Source: Squalus acanthias
Taxonomy: Eukaryota
Length of the DNA: 64,000 bases
Direction of reading: 5' to 3'
Assembly: GCA_030390025.1 (NCBI GenBank)
Contig: CM059429.1
Location: 138,198,001 to 138,262,000 of the forward strand
The notes under the pieces were generated by a model. The model ran no database searches. It worked only from the letters and a program-made list of their open reading frames with translations, and was not told where the DNA came from. Positions 9,914 to 23,754 of this stretch are shown piece after piece (positions within the stretch are counted from its first letter, which is position 1; each line of letters begins with the position of its first letter). The position numbers were made by a program, and so were the translations under genes.

Positions 9914-12098
9914 CGAGAAAGGATCTCGGCTCGGAAGATCAGGAAGTAGAATCAGTATGGGTGGAGATTGTAAGAGTTTCTACAAGTATGTAAAAAGGAA
10001 AAGAGTAGCAAAAGTAAACGTTGGTCCCTTAGAGGCTGAGACAGGAGAAATTATTATGGGGATTAAGGAAATGGCAGAAATGTTAAACAAATATTTTGTA
10101 TCGGTCTTCACAGTAGAAGACACAAAAAGCATACCAAAAATGGTGGGGGACCAAGGGTCTAATGAGGGTGAGGAACTTAACGTAATTAATATAAGTAGAG
10201 AAAAAGTACTAGAGAAACTAATGGGACTAAAAGCCGACCAATCCCCATGACCTGACGGCCTACATCCTAGGGTTCTAAAAGAGGTGGCTGAAGAGATAGT
10301 GGATGCATTGGTTTTGATCTTCCAAAATTCCCTAGATTCTGGAATGGTCCCAGCAGATTGGAAGGTCACAAATGTAACACCGCTATTCAAGAAAGGAGGG
10401 AGAGAAAAAACAGAGAACTACAAGCCAGTTAGCCTAACATCAGTTGTCGGGGAAAATGCTGGAATCCATTGTTAAGGAAGTGGTATCAAGTCACTTAGAA
10501 AATCATAACCTGATTAGGCAGAGTCAACATGGTTTTATGAAAGGGAAAACGTGTTTGACAAATTTATTAGAGTTTTTTGAGGATGTAACTAGCAGGGTAA
10601 ATAAAGGGTAACCAATGGATGTAGTATATTTGGATTTCCAAAAGGCATTCGATAAGGTGCCACATAAAAGGTTATTACACAAGATAAGGGCTCATGGGGT
10701 TGGGGGTAATATAGTAGCATGGATAGAGGATTGGTTAACGGACAGAAAACAGAGAGTAGGGATAAACAGATCTTTTTCAGGTTGGCAGGCTGTAACTAGT
10801 GGGGTGCCGCAAGGATCAGTGTTGGGTACTCCGCTATTTGCAATCTATATATTAATGACCTAGATGAAGGGACCGAGTGTAATGTATCCAAGTTTGCTGA
10901 TGATACAAAGTTAGGTGGGACAGTAAGTTGTGAGGGGAACACAAAGAGTCTGCAGAGGGATATAGATAGACTAAGTGAGTGGACAGTAAGGTGACAGATG
11001 AAGTATAATGTAGGGAAATGTGAGGTTATTCACTTTGGTAGGAAGAATAGAAAACAGAATATTTTTTAAATGGTGAAAACTTTCAAATGTTGGTGTTGAG
11101 AGAGATTTGGGTGTCCTCGTGCAAGAAACACAGAAAGCTAGCATGCAGGTACAGCAAGCAATAAGGAAGGCAAATGGCATGTTGGCCTTTATTGCAAGGG
11201 GTTGGAGTATAAGAGTAAGGAAGTCTTGCTACAATTGTACAGGGCCTTGGTGATACCACACCTGGAGTACTGTGCTCAGTTTTGGTCTCCTTATCTAAGG
11301 AAGGATATACTTGCCTTGGAGGCGGTGCAACAAAGGTTCACTAGATTGATTGCTGGGATGAGAGGGCTGTCCTATGATGAGAGATTGTGTAGAATGGGCC
11401 TATACTCTCTGGAGTTTAGAAGAATAAGAGGTGATCTCATTGAAACATACAAGATTCTGAAGGGGATTGACAGAGTAGATGCTGAGAGGTAGTTTCCCCA
11501 GGTTGGAGTGTCTAGAACTAGGGGGCATAGTCTCAGGATAAGGGGTAGGCCATTTAAGACTGAGATGAGGAGGAATTTCTTCACTCGGGGTTGTGAATCT
11601 TTGGAATTCTCTGCCCCAGAGGACTGTGGATGCTGAGTCTTTGAGTATATTCAAGGCTGAGATAGATAGATATTTGGACTCTGAGGGAATCAAGGGATAT
11701 GGAGATCGGGCGGGAAAGTGGAGTTGAGGTCGATGATCAGCCATGATCTTATTGAATGGCGGAGCAGGCTCGAGGGGGCCGTATAGAAACATAGAAACAT
11801 AGAATCTAGGAGCAGGAGTAGGCCATTCGGCCCGTCGAGCCTGCTCCACCATTCAATACGATCATGGCTGATCATCCAAATCCAGTACCCTGTCCCTGCT
11901 TTAATCCCCACAGTACACATATCCCACCCTACCCCCGTAACCCCACGTATTTAATTCCCCCTAACATATCCCATCCTATCCCCATAACCCCACATATTTA
12001 ATCCCCCCCTAACACTAAGGGTCAATTTATCATAGCCAAATCAACCTAACCCGCACATTTTTGGCCTACTCCTGCTCCTATTTCTTATGTTCTTATGT
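9914..12098 (+). mobile_element. Older CR1, right part (internally deleted, frameshifted RT, 3' tail)
   Basis: Jump from VWVEI straight to CKSFYKYVKRKR (internal deletion relative to the intact ORF2). RT fragments YLDFQKAFDKVPH and GVPQGSVLG. Tail ...ctcctatttcttatgttcttatgt ends at 12098. Confidence 0.9.
11783..12061 (-). mobile_element. 5'-truncated HE1/V-SINE-like element with CR1 tail, inserted in the old CR1 3'UTR
   Basis: (ATAGAAAC)n tail plus CR1 3' stem. Minus strand tgtgcgggttaggttgatttggctatgataaattgacccttagtg resembles the HE1 central region. It splits host ggggccgtat|ggcctactcc. Confidence 0.65.
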
Positions 12099-13613
12099 GG
12101 TGTGAGTCCAGCCATAATCTTATGGAGGACTGGCAGTCCAGCCACATTTTTTCAGTGTTGTAGAAGGTGACCTGTAAAATGGAGGAGGTTAATCTCATCA
12201 AGTCTACCACTCTGCATTGCTTTAAACTGTTGAGAATCCTTGTTGAGAATCCAAGAGCAAGATTTAGATTTTCTCTACCACCAGTCAAAGCTACAGTATT
12301 TCACAATGAACTGATATAGGCTTTGTACTGACACTTAACTTACTTTGGTGAGAAAGAGGGTAATGAGATTAACAAGTTGTCAAATTATCTTTGCCGCTTG
12401 CCTTGTTCTTTGCATATGGACCAATCACTGTTTTGCTTTTATTCTATGGTATGTTGTCATAGTCTTGTGTGTTTTGACTATTCAATGGTTTGCTTGTTCT
12501 GTCTGTCCTAGTCACTGCTTTTCTTGTACGTTATACTATCCGGGCTTGTTCTTTGTATATGGAACAGTCATTGCTTTTCCTGTACATTATGTAGTTAGGA
12601 CTTGTTCTTTGTGTGAAGGAGTCACTGTTTGCTTGTGCAGCATGCTACTGACTTGTCCTATCCAGATTCCAGATTCCTTTGAAAGCAAATAAATAATCGC
12701 TAAGTGCAGGTAATTGTACTACCAGTCAGGAACAAAGATCATCTTTTGTGTTGCCTGTAAACACAATAGTAACACAGCTAGACACGCAAGGCTTTGATGT
12801 ATGTACAAAAGGGCTTTGTTGCCAATTCTTAGAAGGCCGGCCTTATCTCCCATTGTTGCATTGAGAAGTAACACAATCACAATACAATATTCTTTCAGTC
12901 AAAGCCCAAGCTTTATTGTTTATGGTTGTTGACACAACGCTTTGTCTGCTCTCACTTGACAGAATTTGATTCTGCCCAGCAGTGAGCGCAGGTGAAATTC
13001 AGAGCTCCAGAGGCCTCGCTACATACTGCCTTAAATTTTACTTCTGTGGATTTGTAACAGAAAACGGAACATATCTGGAAGCAAAAGACGAGACATTGTA
13101 TAAGTGGGGTTAAAAATCAGAACATGTATGCATGAGGAAGCATTTTAAATTGGGGAAAGTTAAGTGAGTGGATCAAGGCCCATAGTTCAGGGTCCAAAAA
13201 ACATAGAGGAGAGGGAAATCAAGAAGCAGTGATCGAGTGACACCATGTTTGAGTTTTAAAGTGTAGGAGGATGGGAAGACTGAGGGAGATAAGGCCAGAT
13301 GTTTTCAGGTCCTGGGAATGATTGATTTAGCGTAGGAAACAGTGCAGTGAGTCTTGATTTCAACTCGGTGAGGAAGCCGGACGGAGGAAAAATACGAAGG
13401 GCACTGTATTTGTAGTTTAGGCTAATAGGAAAATTCATAGAAGCATTCACCACTGTAGCATATTGATAAAAATTAAAGGGAGAGAGAGAGGGGGAGGGAG
13501 GAAAGTGGAAGGGAAAGGCTCAGAGAGCATTATTTATCAGATAGTAAGCTTTTGTATTTATCCTGTCCAGGAAAATGAGAGAGATGTTAACATGGTAAAT
13601 TATCTTATTATTG

Positions 13614-14243
13614 GCAAGGTACAAAAAGTAATCAGAAAGGCTAATGGATTGTTGGTCTTTATCTCAAGGGGGTTGGAATACACAAGTGGGAAATGATGCT
13701 TCAGTTGTCCAGAGTCATGGTCAGACCCGATCTGGCACACTGCGCTCAGTTTTGGGCACCGAACCTCAGGAAAGAGGTTTGGAGTGGATACAGTGCATAT
13801 TCACCAGAATGATGGTTTGAGCCCAAGATCAGCCATGATCTTATTGAATGGCGGAGCAGGCTTAAGGGGCCAAGTGGCCTATTCCTGCTCCTATTTCTTA
13901 TGTTCTTATGATAGCAGGGTTTAATGGTTTAAATTATGAGGACAGGTTGCATTAACTTGGTTTGTATTCCCTTGAGTTTAGACGGTTGAGGTATGATCTC
14001 TTCGAGGTGTTTAAAATGATAAAGAAATACAGAGAAACAATTTCCTCTGGTGGAGGAATCCAAAACAAGGGGGCATAATCTTGTAAATAGCCTAGCTCTA
14101 ATTTTAAGTGAAATCAGGAAGAACTTTATCAGGGGATTTGGAGCAAAGGTGGGTAAATGGAGTTGAGGTACAGATCAGCCATGATCTAATTCAATGGCGG
14201 AACAGCTCAAGGGGCTGAATGGCCGACTCCTGTTCCTATGTCC
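13614..14243 (+). mobile_element. Degraded CR1 3' fragment containing a ~100-bp CR1 tail insertion (13814-13910)
   Basis: KVQKVIRKANGLLVFISRGLEY homology; two CR1 3' ends; ATGAT duplication flanks the inner one. Confidence 0.75.
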
Positions 14244-15232
14244 TCCCCAGACACAAGAACAACATTCAAATCTTGGACTGGCTTGGTTTTGAAAGAGTTA
14301 CAGAGGAAAGTGTTTGACATGAATAAGGATACTGACCTCCTTGGAGACAGCTTTACAATGGAGGAGATTTGGGAGATCCGTTTGAGATCAAAGGAGATAG
14401 TGAGACAAAGATGAAGGACTAGAGGCGGAGACTAAAGTAAGAGAATGTAGCTAGTTATTTGACTTGCATTAACATGAAAGAACTGTGGCTCAGATCTTCT
14501 GATTGGTGTTATTTTAATACCAGTATTAATGCCGATTAGAAAACGTAGACTTATGTCAAAATAACTTAGAAACAATATTTATATTGCTTTATAGTTAGGC
14601 GTGGGGAGATCAAAATGTAGTCCACAAACCCATGTGAGTTACAATCAACACTCACTATTCTGCTTCAGCCTGGGCATTCCCAGAGCTTAATCGGAATATT
14701 TCTGCACACCATGAGGATTAGAGAAGTTTTTTAAGACTGCAATTGGTATTAATGACGACCTCACTGATTTGAGTTTTATCAAGTCCTGTCACATACAAGT
14801 AATCAAACTGTTACAATGGTGCATCTAACCACAGAGTTTTATTGTTGATAGTTTCAATCATAGAGTGTTAATTTACCATAATGATTTCCATGAGTGATTT
14901 ACTTTGTATTACACTATTTTGTGCTCAAAATATTCAGGCACATAATCTCAAGATCTCCAGTAACCAGCAGTTAACAGGTTATTGTTTCAGCATCTTGGCA
15001 TGGCAAATACATTTATATTTCGAGCATTATGCAGCCTTTATTTTTTACAGGGGTGTTTCAAAAGACAAAACTACCTTCAGAGACAATCCTATAAAGTTAA
15101 CAAACAGTACTTTTACATTTAGCAAATGGCATACATTTGGGGGTGGGGGGGTGGTCTATAATTCTGCTACCGGGATAAGGGAGACAAATAAATACAGGGA
15201 TATGGTGCATGGATGTCAAACTGAAGGAAATA

Positions 15233-15475
15233 ATTGTTTGCATTTATATAGCAGCTTATCGTGTCTCTCTAAGAAACATCTAACAATTCTTCACCAATGA
15301 GATGAATGACCAGTTAATCTGATTTTTCTTTTGGTGGTGTTTGTTGAGGGAGAAATGTTGGCCAGGACATTGGGAGAAATCCTTGCTCTTCTTTAAATAA
15401 CGTTCCTGAACAAGTAAACGGAGTTTCAATTTAATATCTGACCGTACTGCACTGAAGTGTCAGCATAAATTATAT
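15233..15475 (-). mobile_element. Degraded DeuSINE
   Basis: Reverse complement of the Deu core and tail (ttgcatttatatagc...gttgaggg...ttggccaggaca). Confidence 0.6.
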
Positions 15476-15766
15476 GGCAACTGAGCCAAGCAATGACCTC
15501 ATTTGAAAGTGGCGCCATTGCTGTAGGAAGCATCAAAACGCCAGTTGGTTATCTCTGATTTCGACGTGCCGCTGGTGGCAAATATAAATGGCTGCTAATG
15601 GGTCGCCCTTAGTTTGCCATTTTGGGTGACCAAGCTGCACATTTAGCACTGTCGTGATGCAAAAGATTGTGTTGTACCAATGCCAAATATGCAGAATAAC
15701 TGGGCCATTAGTGCTAAAATAGATTGGGCTTATCTTAATTTGGCATCAAATTTAATTATGTGCTCC

Positions 15767-16175
15767 AGTCCCACTCCAGGGACTTGAGCACATAAAGCTA
15801 GGCTGACACTCCAGTGCAGTGCTGAGGGAGCGCTGCACTGTCAGAGGTACCGTCGTTCGGATGAGACGTTAAACCGAGGCCCCGTCTGCTCTCTCAGGTG
15901 GACGTAAAAGATCCCATGGCCCTATTTCGAAGAAGAGCAGGGGAGTTATCCCCGGTGTCCTGGTCAATATTTATCCCTCAACCAACATAACAAAAACAGA
16001 TTATCTGGTCATTATCACATTGCTGTTTGTGGGAGCTTGCTGTGCGCAAATTGGCTGCTGCATTTCCCACATTACAACAGTGACTTCACTTCAAAATACT
16101 TCATTGGCTGTAAAGCGCTTTGAGACGTACGGTGGTCGTGAAAGGCGCTATATAAATGCAAGTCTTTTTTTTCTT
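15767..16175 (+). mobile_element. 5'-truncated DeuSINE
   Basis: Closely similar to 2455-2870. Confidence 0.85.
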
Positions 16176-18451
16176 TACCTGTTTACCTGCAGTTTGGAGT
16201 TGGTGATAAAATCACCTTGAGGGGGTGGTTGTCTACTCAATAGTCTTTTAAGTTTCTAATGGTAGAAGAAAACTAACTACCCTCTCTGCATATTTATAAT
16301 GTTGAAAATTTCATGGCATTTGGAGCCCGGTGAGCAGAGTTGTATTTATACATTTTAAATATAAGAATGACATTATCCTTTTCCTGATTAGTGAGCAGTT
16401 TATGAATCCACCCTATTTATTTCGCAGGGTTGTTTCATGAACCAACCAATGGGGGCAAAGACATGGTCACCACTAGCTGACTGCTCCAGCCCTCCCTCAC
16501 AATGGTTTTCTCCAACTTCCCTTCAATAGGCAAAGTCTGAAGTATGAATACAGGCATATACGTGTACTCTGCCTGCAGAGATTTTTTTTAAAACCACATT
16601 TGCTCTTTCCTTTTAACTTATTTCACCCACAGATCCTGATGGGTTGGACAAGATAAGTAGGCGAGAAAGCAGTGTATGCGAGAGTAAGTTTCCCACAGAA
16701 AGGCAGGAGCAGTCAAAGTAATGACTGTCATGTTTTGGAATGCGTGAGTTCCGAAGCTATTCCTATCTCATTGTATGTATCTCGCACCAAAAGTTGAGGT
16801 GGGTTCCAGCCAGTTTGGTGTTTGAAAGTTTGACAGGTTTAGCGAACAAAACAAGTGTTAATTTAATTCTAATTTACTCATGAATCCAATGTCCATTTTT
16901 AAATTAAAATTACCTGCAGCATATAGCAAACAGGGCCTGTACTTTGATTAAATTCAGACTCTACTGCATTACTTTGTTATATAAATGAGCTCACATTCTC
17001 GTCCTACTCTCTCATCAGTGAATATTACGCACCAATTTTAACAAGTTTGGGCTGATTTAGTTCCAACATATACAGCATTTACACTGTGAGGCAAAAAGGA
17101 CACATAAGCTCACAAGGGATCATGTATTATATTTCTTTACAAATTATGTTTCCACTGTATGCTTACTCATAGTTGTGAAATGTAATCTTGTTCTGATTCA
17201 GTCTTTCTGACACAAGTCCAATTGCTTTATATTTTACGTAGATTAAAAATATATTATGCAAAAGAAAATTAAGGAGTCGTCAAGATTCCATTCACTTATT
17301 AACAAGCCAGTAGGCAGCAGTCTCCTTCATAAAATCAGTAAGTTTAACATTGGATCCATGTGAAAATCGAAGTGGGGAATGAAGATTACAATACACAAAG
17401 CAGCTGAAGCATCAAGGGATAATTCGGTAACTGGAAGTCGACCTTGTATTGTTGCTGTTGCAGTTGTCTCTGCAGATGACTCAACAGCTGCACCAGCAGC
17501 AACCAGAGATAGAACTTCGACACTGAGATGCAATACAATGTCAGTGCTGTAACCCTGATTAAATTATGTACTGTGCGTCTTCTATATTAGATCATTTATC
17601 ATCTTAAATCAAACCTTCCCCTTGTACTTAATTGCTTTCTTGCTTTAACTCCCCTGGTGTGCTAAGCGTCTTCTGCTTTATAGAAACAAACGATTGTGTT
17701 TGTCATCGACCAGCCAACTGGATAAATTGTGCCTTGTTTATGATTGGGGATTGAACCCGGTTATGAGCAATGGGAGACCAGCTAAATCCAACGTTTCTGG
17801 GATATTTACGCAGCAGGATTCTCGGAACTGGGAATGTATATCCGATGGTATCAAATCCCAAATTTGACGTGCTGTAAATGATCCTGCAGCCAACAATAAA
17901 GGAGCAGAACTATCAAAGCAGAAATTCCTGTTTACAAAACTGAATTTTTTACATTGTTCAGCTTGGTGAGCAGCCACGGTTTTTAATATCAAATATGGTG
18001 GCAGACCATTGGTGCAGCTCACTGTGATTCTTAACTGTTTGTCTGACAGCAAGATCCTGAGCAGAATTGTCATCATATATGATTTTTGTGATTGTGAGCT
18101 TGAGGCTTACATGTCCCAGAGTCTCAAAGACATATAGGCCTAGGGTTGCACCCATTTTACAAGTGTAAAACTGGCACCTAAGGGTCCAATACATCACCCT
18201 TCCCGTGTCAGTAGTGCACTGCCCGCCATATTGGACCAGACTGCTCCGTAGATATCCAGGGCATGTACTGGAAGTATTAAAACACCTCATCATAATAAAA
18301 TAAGGCTCCTACACTTGTTGTAGAACCCTTTTGGGAAATAGGTCTGTCTCCGTGCCTGACTTGTCAAATGATAAACTCGCCCAGCAAAATATGGTTCTAA
18401 TAGTTAGCAAGGACCCCACAGCAGCGCTATTCATTCATCCACTCCATTACA

Positions 18452-18866
18452 GATTAGTTGCCTCGATTTTAAAATTCTCATCCTTCTTTTTAAATCCCTC
18501 CATGGCCTCTCCTCTCACTGTCTCTGTAACCTTCTCTAGTCCTGCAACCCTTCGAGATATCTGCGCTCCTCCACTTCTGGCCTCTTGTGCATCCCTGATT
18601 TTAATTGCTCCACCATTGGCGGCCGTGCCTTCGGCGGCCGTGCCTTCAGCTGCCTAGGCCTTAAGCTCTGGATTTTCCCTCCCTAAACTTCTCTGCCCCT
18701 CTACCTTGCTTTCCTCCTTTTAAGAGGCTCCTTAAAACCTACCTCTTTTCTGCACTAATATCTCCTTATGTGGCTCGGTGTCAAATTTTGTTTGATAACG
18801 CTCCTGTGAAGCGCCTTGGGATGTTTTACTACGTTAAAGGCGCTATATAAATGCAAGTTGTTGTTG
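18452..18866 (+). mobile_element. L2 LINE 3' end
   Basis: cctcgattttaaaattctc...gcgccttgggatgttttactacgttaaaggcgctatataaatgcaagttgttgttg, homologous to 46590-47320. Confidence 0.8.
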
Positions 18867-19009
18867 GTTTGACCTTTTAGGCTGCTAGTTAATTTCTGGA
18901 CCCTTTTTTGTCTCTTTTCCCCAATTCCACAAGTGATTCTGACTCTGGGAGCAATGTTGTGCTGCTGCTGGATTGCTTTTGTTTGCTTTGGAAAAAGCTT
19001 ATTCCAGTC

Positions 19010-20200
19010 ATGGATGGACTGGTAGGTTTGCCTTTGGGGCTGGAGGAGGTGGAGCAGGGAAGAAGACAGGAGAGAGCAGGAGCAGCTAGGAGAAGGGGAG
19101 GAACCGGGCGCTGTGCAGGAGGCCATCCCCACAGCGGGTATTCAGGCAGCATTTATAGCTCAACCTCGCTGAGGAGCAATGTGTCGGGTACCTGCGCGTC
19201 ACAAAGGAGGCGGTCACCGAGCTATGTCACAAAGGAGGCTGTCACCGAGCTATGTCACAAAGGAGGCTGTCACCGAGCTATGTCACAAAGGAGGCTGTCA
19301 CCGAGCTATGTCACAAAGGAGGCTGTCACCGAGCTATGTCACAAAGGAGGCTGTCACCGAGCTATGTCACAAAGGAGGCTGTCACCGAGCTATGTCACCT
19401 GCCGCAGCCACAACTGGAACTCCAAGTCCGGGCTTGGACAGCACTGCCTGTGGCTGTCAAGCTCACCGTGACCCTTAACCTTTACACCACGGGGTCCTTC
19501 CAGGCTGCAGCAGGTGACGTCAGCGACATCTTCCAGTTTGCTGTGCTGTTACTATATCAGAGAGGTGTCCCAAACTCTACTCCAGGGGGAACACATACTT
19601 CGCATTCCTCATGGTCAGAACAAAGCATTGCAGGCTTCTCTAGGGTTCAAGGTGCCATAGATTGCACGCACATTGCCTTGCGTACTCCCTATTACCATCC
19701 TGGCATCTTTCTCAATAGAAACGGCTACCACTCCCAGAAGCAGCGCACCATGTAGATCTGTGCCGGGTTTCACGGCAGCAGTCATGATTCATTCAGCCTG
19801 CGCCAGTCCTATGTGATGCCTTTATTCCAACCAGGCTTCCAGGTTACAAACTGGCTACTGGATGACTAGGGATATCCCCTCAGGGCATGGGTATGACTCC
19901 TGTCAGGAACCCGGGCACAGCAGCAGAGCTGGCTTACAACGAGAGCCATGCTGGCACCAGAAATATCATTTAGCAGACAATTGGTGTGCTCAAGCAATGC
20001 TTCCGCTGCCGGGACCATTCGGAAGGAGCCCTGCCTGTGTTTCTGGATTTGTGGTAGTGTGCTGCATAACTTCGCTATACTGAGGGACTAGCACTGGGGC
20101 AGCATGAAGTGGAGGAGGAGGAAGCGAAGGGCAAAGAGTAGGAAAATCAGGAGCAGTATTGATACACGTGCCCTGGCTACAGCCTGCAGCATCTTGGTGT
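19010..20200 (+). pseudogene. Harbinger (HARBI1-like) DDE transposase, decayed
   Basis: ALPVAVKLTVTLNLYTTGSFQAAAGD, AGFSRVQGAIDCTHIAL, FLNRNGYHS, GSSHDSF, WLLDD*GYP; stops and frameshifts. Confidence 0.85.
19198..19398 (+). repeat. 28-bp minisatellite x7 inside the transposase
   Basis: GTCACAAAGGAGGCTGTCACCGAGCTAT at 19198, 19226, 19254, 19282, 19310, 19338, 19366 plus 5 bp; one mismatch in the first copy. Confidence 0.95.
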
Positions 20201-21439
20201 GGGCTGGGGCAGTTTGGCCCAGCTGGCTGTGTGGCACTAAGAAGGGCACTGGCAGATTGCGTAGTGGAAATGCAGGCATGCTGCTGCCCTGAGAGCGGAC
20301 AGCAGGTACCTCCTGGGGCTGTGCCTCAGCATTCTTGCCTCTCTGCGCGACAACAGAGTGTAGGAGTGATGTGACACTCCAGAAGCACCTGTCAACACTG
20401 TCTTCTGGACCCAAGGTGGCAGCAGTCTGAGCTTCAATGCAGCTGGGAGCTAAGCTTCTCGCATTGACCTCTTCAACCACGTCTTCCCACTAGCGGCGGA
20501 AGTGTTGCCTGGACAGCTTTCTGCTCTCTGGTGGGGTAACAGGATCGCCCTCCTCCTGCACACCGTCTGGACCAGGGCCATCCAGCAGTGCATCAGAGAA
20601 CCTAGGAACCCTCTCGGGACCTCTTGCAGCCACTTTGCACCTTTCAACGTTTCCTGCTGTCTACAGTCAGAGTGTAGCTCCCCTGTAAGCGTTGCTGGCT
20701 GCATGCCTGACACATGATAATGAGTTCCCAACATGGATTTCACATAGTCCCTGTGCACACATGATCAGGCAAGTCAGCGCGTGTACCACCCCCTGCACGT
20801 CCCTTTTCGGGCGCGATCAAATTTCTAGGCCCTAGTGCATTTAAACTGCCTATAACAACCCAACAAATCAAGTTACTACAGATGTGCCACCGGCAAGTGG
20901 TAGGATCTAGTGGAGAATGAAATCCAATTTAAATACATTCAAACCACTTAGATGGAAACTTTTCCTCTACACAGTTGGAAATTTTACAATTAGTATGCAA
21001 TTTGCTTATACGTATAACAGTCCTGTAGTTCAAAAATAATTTATTGTGTGAAGTGCTTTGAGATGTTTCAACATGATATGATATATAAATGCAAGTGTTA
21101 ATATTATAATTTCAGCTTCCAGGCAATTGGGGTTTAGTTCTATAAAATAATTTTAAAGCGATAATGACTGCATGCTTCTTGAATTGGAGATAAGCAAACC
21201 TTCTGGTTAGGTTTTTGAGATATTGGACAAAGTAGCTTTTGGTTTGCTAAAGATATTTACTTGAGTGAAAAGTCATTTAACTATTTAACTCTGGGCGCAT
21301 CATTCTGTCCTCTGACAACATCCACACACAAGCACTTTCCAATAGGTGCCATTGGATAGTGATCGGAAGCAGGAATCCTGGCTCTTTCTCGCTCTACCTC
21401 AAGGACACTGAAGCAAATTGTAATCTCATGAGCCCATGA

Positions 21440-21803
21440 CTTAGGCTGCCACTCCAGCGCAGTACTGAGGGAGTGCAGCACTGTTGGAGGTGCTGTCTTT
21501 TGGATGAGACGTTAAACCGAGGCCCCGTCTGCACTCTCAGGTGGATGTAAAAGATCCCATGGCACAATTCAAAGAAGAGCAGGGGCGTCCTGGCCAATAT
21601 TTATCTCTCAACCAACATCACGAAAGCAGATTATCTGATCATTATCTCAATGCTGTTTGAGGGACCTTGCTGTGCGCAAATCGGCTGTTGCGTTTCCCTG
21701 CATTATAACCGTGTCTACACTTCAAAAGTACTTTGTTGTTTGTAAAGCGCTTTGGGATGTCCTGAGGTAGTGAAAGGCGTTCTATAAACGCAAGTTCTTT
21801 CTT
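21440..21803 (+). mobile_element. DeuSINE, 5'-truncated
   Basis: Deu core and gcgttctataaacgcaagttctttc tail. Confidence 0.8.
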
Positions 21804-23754
21804 TAGCTCACCCTTTCTGGTCTCTGTGGCTCAGTTTCACACTATGCAGCACTAATCCTCATGTAAGTCACGGTCGTGGTTCAGGACCTCCGCTGCACCT
21901 GAGGTTGCCTCTTACTGGATGATACTGTTGCGAAATAGTGCTGGCTAACATGTTACTCAGTAAGTCTTTATTGTCATGAGTTCACAGACCATATATGTGG
22001 TAACAGCAACATGTATGTTCCTGTAGTCAGGAACTTATTAATTGGAAGAAAATAGTACTTGGAGTAGCCCAACGGGTTTACAAATCTTTGCAAAAGCAAA
22101 AAAAAAAATCTGTGCAGGTCTACAATTGGTTACTTGTACATTAGGAAAGTGAACCTACCTGTGTATAGCCATGGGGCTAATAATGTACTGCGAGGTAGAT
22201 TGGGGAGGATTAAGGAAGATATTCCACTTCAACGCTCCTGACATGCCAGGAGTACATACTGGGAAACTGCACGCTCCCAGCCCTGAATTCTTCTTCCATT
22301 AATCACTGAAAATTATGGGGTGCACAATTTCATAATACCTGCCAGGATTACCAAAGCAGATAATTCCCCCTATTGTCCCAAGATGTTTGGTTTACCTATT
22401 ACTCTTTGTGTTTAGTTGCTTGGGATCATTACTGTTATGAGCAGAATTGATAGTTTATTATTTCTGAAGGGTGGTGACACCAGCAGCAGAGTACTCACCT
22501 AAAAATGCATTGGGGTGTCCTTTTTTCGGAATGACTTACAGTCCCCAAAGTGGAGCCGAACGGGCAGTTCAAGAGCTACTGAAGACATTGCCCAGGCAGT
22601 GTTGTTAATAGAATGAAATCTTCATACTGTGTTCACTTGAACTGAAAATAGCCGGCAGCATAGTTATAGATTTTTGTCCTTCAAAACTTAGGCTGTGTCT
22701 CGAGAGAATATTTTAAACTATATAACATTAGGGTGAAGTACTGGTAGTCATGTTGCAAGCAATTTGAGGTAATTTAGTATATCACATAAGCTGTATATTA
22801 AAGCATATTGGATTACGTGAAAATTTATTGGTTCCCAAATCAGTAGATAAGGCTAATGATGACGCTACCAGGGCAATTAAGGGCAAATATAGTGCCCCTC
22901 TTGGCACCTTAGCTGAGATCAGCTAACTCTGCAAAGACAGGGGATTGAATTGTGGACCTTTCTACTCGATGGCTGCACCACATTCAATGGGCTTATTAAA
23001 AAATGTAATAATCTATGAACAGAAAAAGAAATTCAGCTGCTAAAGAGTTAAATAGCCCGAGTAACAAATGATGCATCAGTAGCAAGCTCCACAGAGCAGA
23101 ATTTTGGTGCTATTAAACTTACAAATACGGTACCTTGATTTTTCCTCAGCCAAATGTTGAATTAATAATACAGTACAAAGTCAAGAAACACATCAAAATA
23201 GTGCAATAAATGCAGAACTATTCAAATAGCAAGCACGGATGATGAATAATTCTCAGCACCTAAAATTATTCAGGGCTAAGGGCTCCATAAATTAGTTTGG
23301 TTTTAGCACTGGAATTACCTACTGGCACCATTTTATGAAATCAGTAAAATACAGCGTTGGCAGCGCCGATAAAATTATGTGATTTGTGGGTGTGTTGTTC
23401 CATGTACATGAAAAGATTCTCGCACAGTACTTTTTGACGTACAAATAACAGAGACCCAGCACAATCCAAGGTTGGGGCGATATTATGATGGGCATATTTT
23501 TATAGCTTCTTTCACGTTTTGCAGCTTTAGTCAAATGTGGAAAGCCGGGCATGTAGTAAGCATGGTCTGATAAGTATTGCACGCACAAATTGGACCCAAT
23601 CAGCCATTGGAAACCCTGCTTTCCTTGAAGCAGTCGGATAATGTCAGTGTTGAATCTGTGGATAGATTCCACCTGTATTCCTTGCCCAGTACCTGCCAAA
23701 CCTACATCTATGACTCTTCTGACTCCCCCCTGCCACTTAAACAAATTCCAGTTT

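Larger units (their letters stand above)
18136..20832 (+). mobile_element. PIF/Harbinger element B: decayed transposase (+) and Myb 5' remnant (-), with internal L2 fragment
   Basis: Right TIR AATTTCTAGGCCC ends at 20832. Left end is degenerate (aggcctag..ggttgcacccatttt). Myb remnant RFSDALL...WEDVVEEVNARSLAP on the - strand ~20430-20620. Confidence 0.7.

Noticed and set aside
9367-10250. Three long + strand ORFs (208, 178, 260 aa)
   Set aside because: They are stop-free readings of the GC-rich tandem monomers, antisense to the CR1, running into the old CR1 ORF2.
16633-16743. Possible exon (cccacag acceptor; gtaagt/gtgagt donors)
   Set aside because: No hydrophobic signal peptide in a phase-1 frame and no other support.
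19198-19398. CRISPR-like 28-bp repeats
   Set aside because: Head-to-tail with no spacers, in vertebrate DNA, and derived from transposase sequence. The 24-bp and 76-bp arrays also lack spacers.
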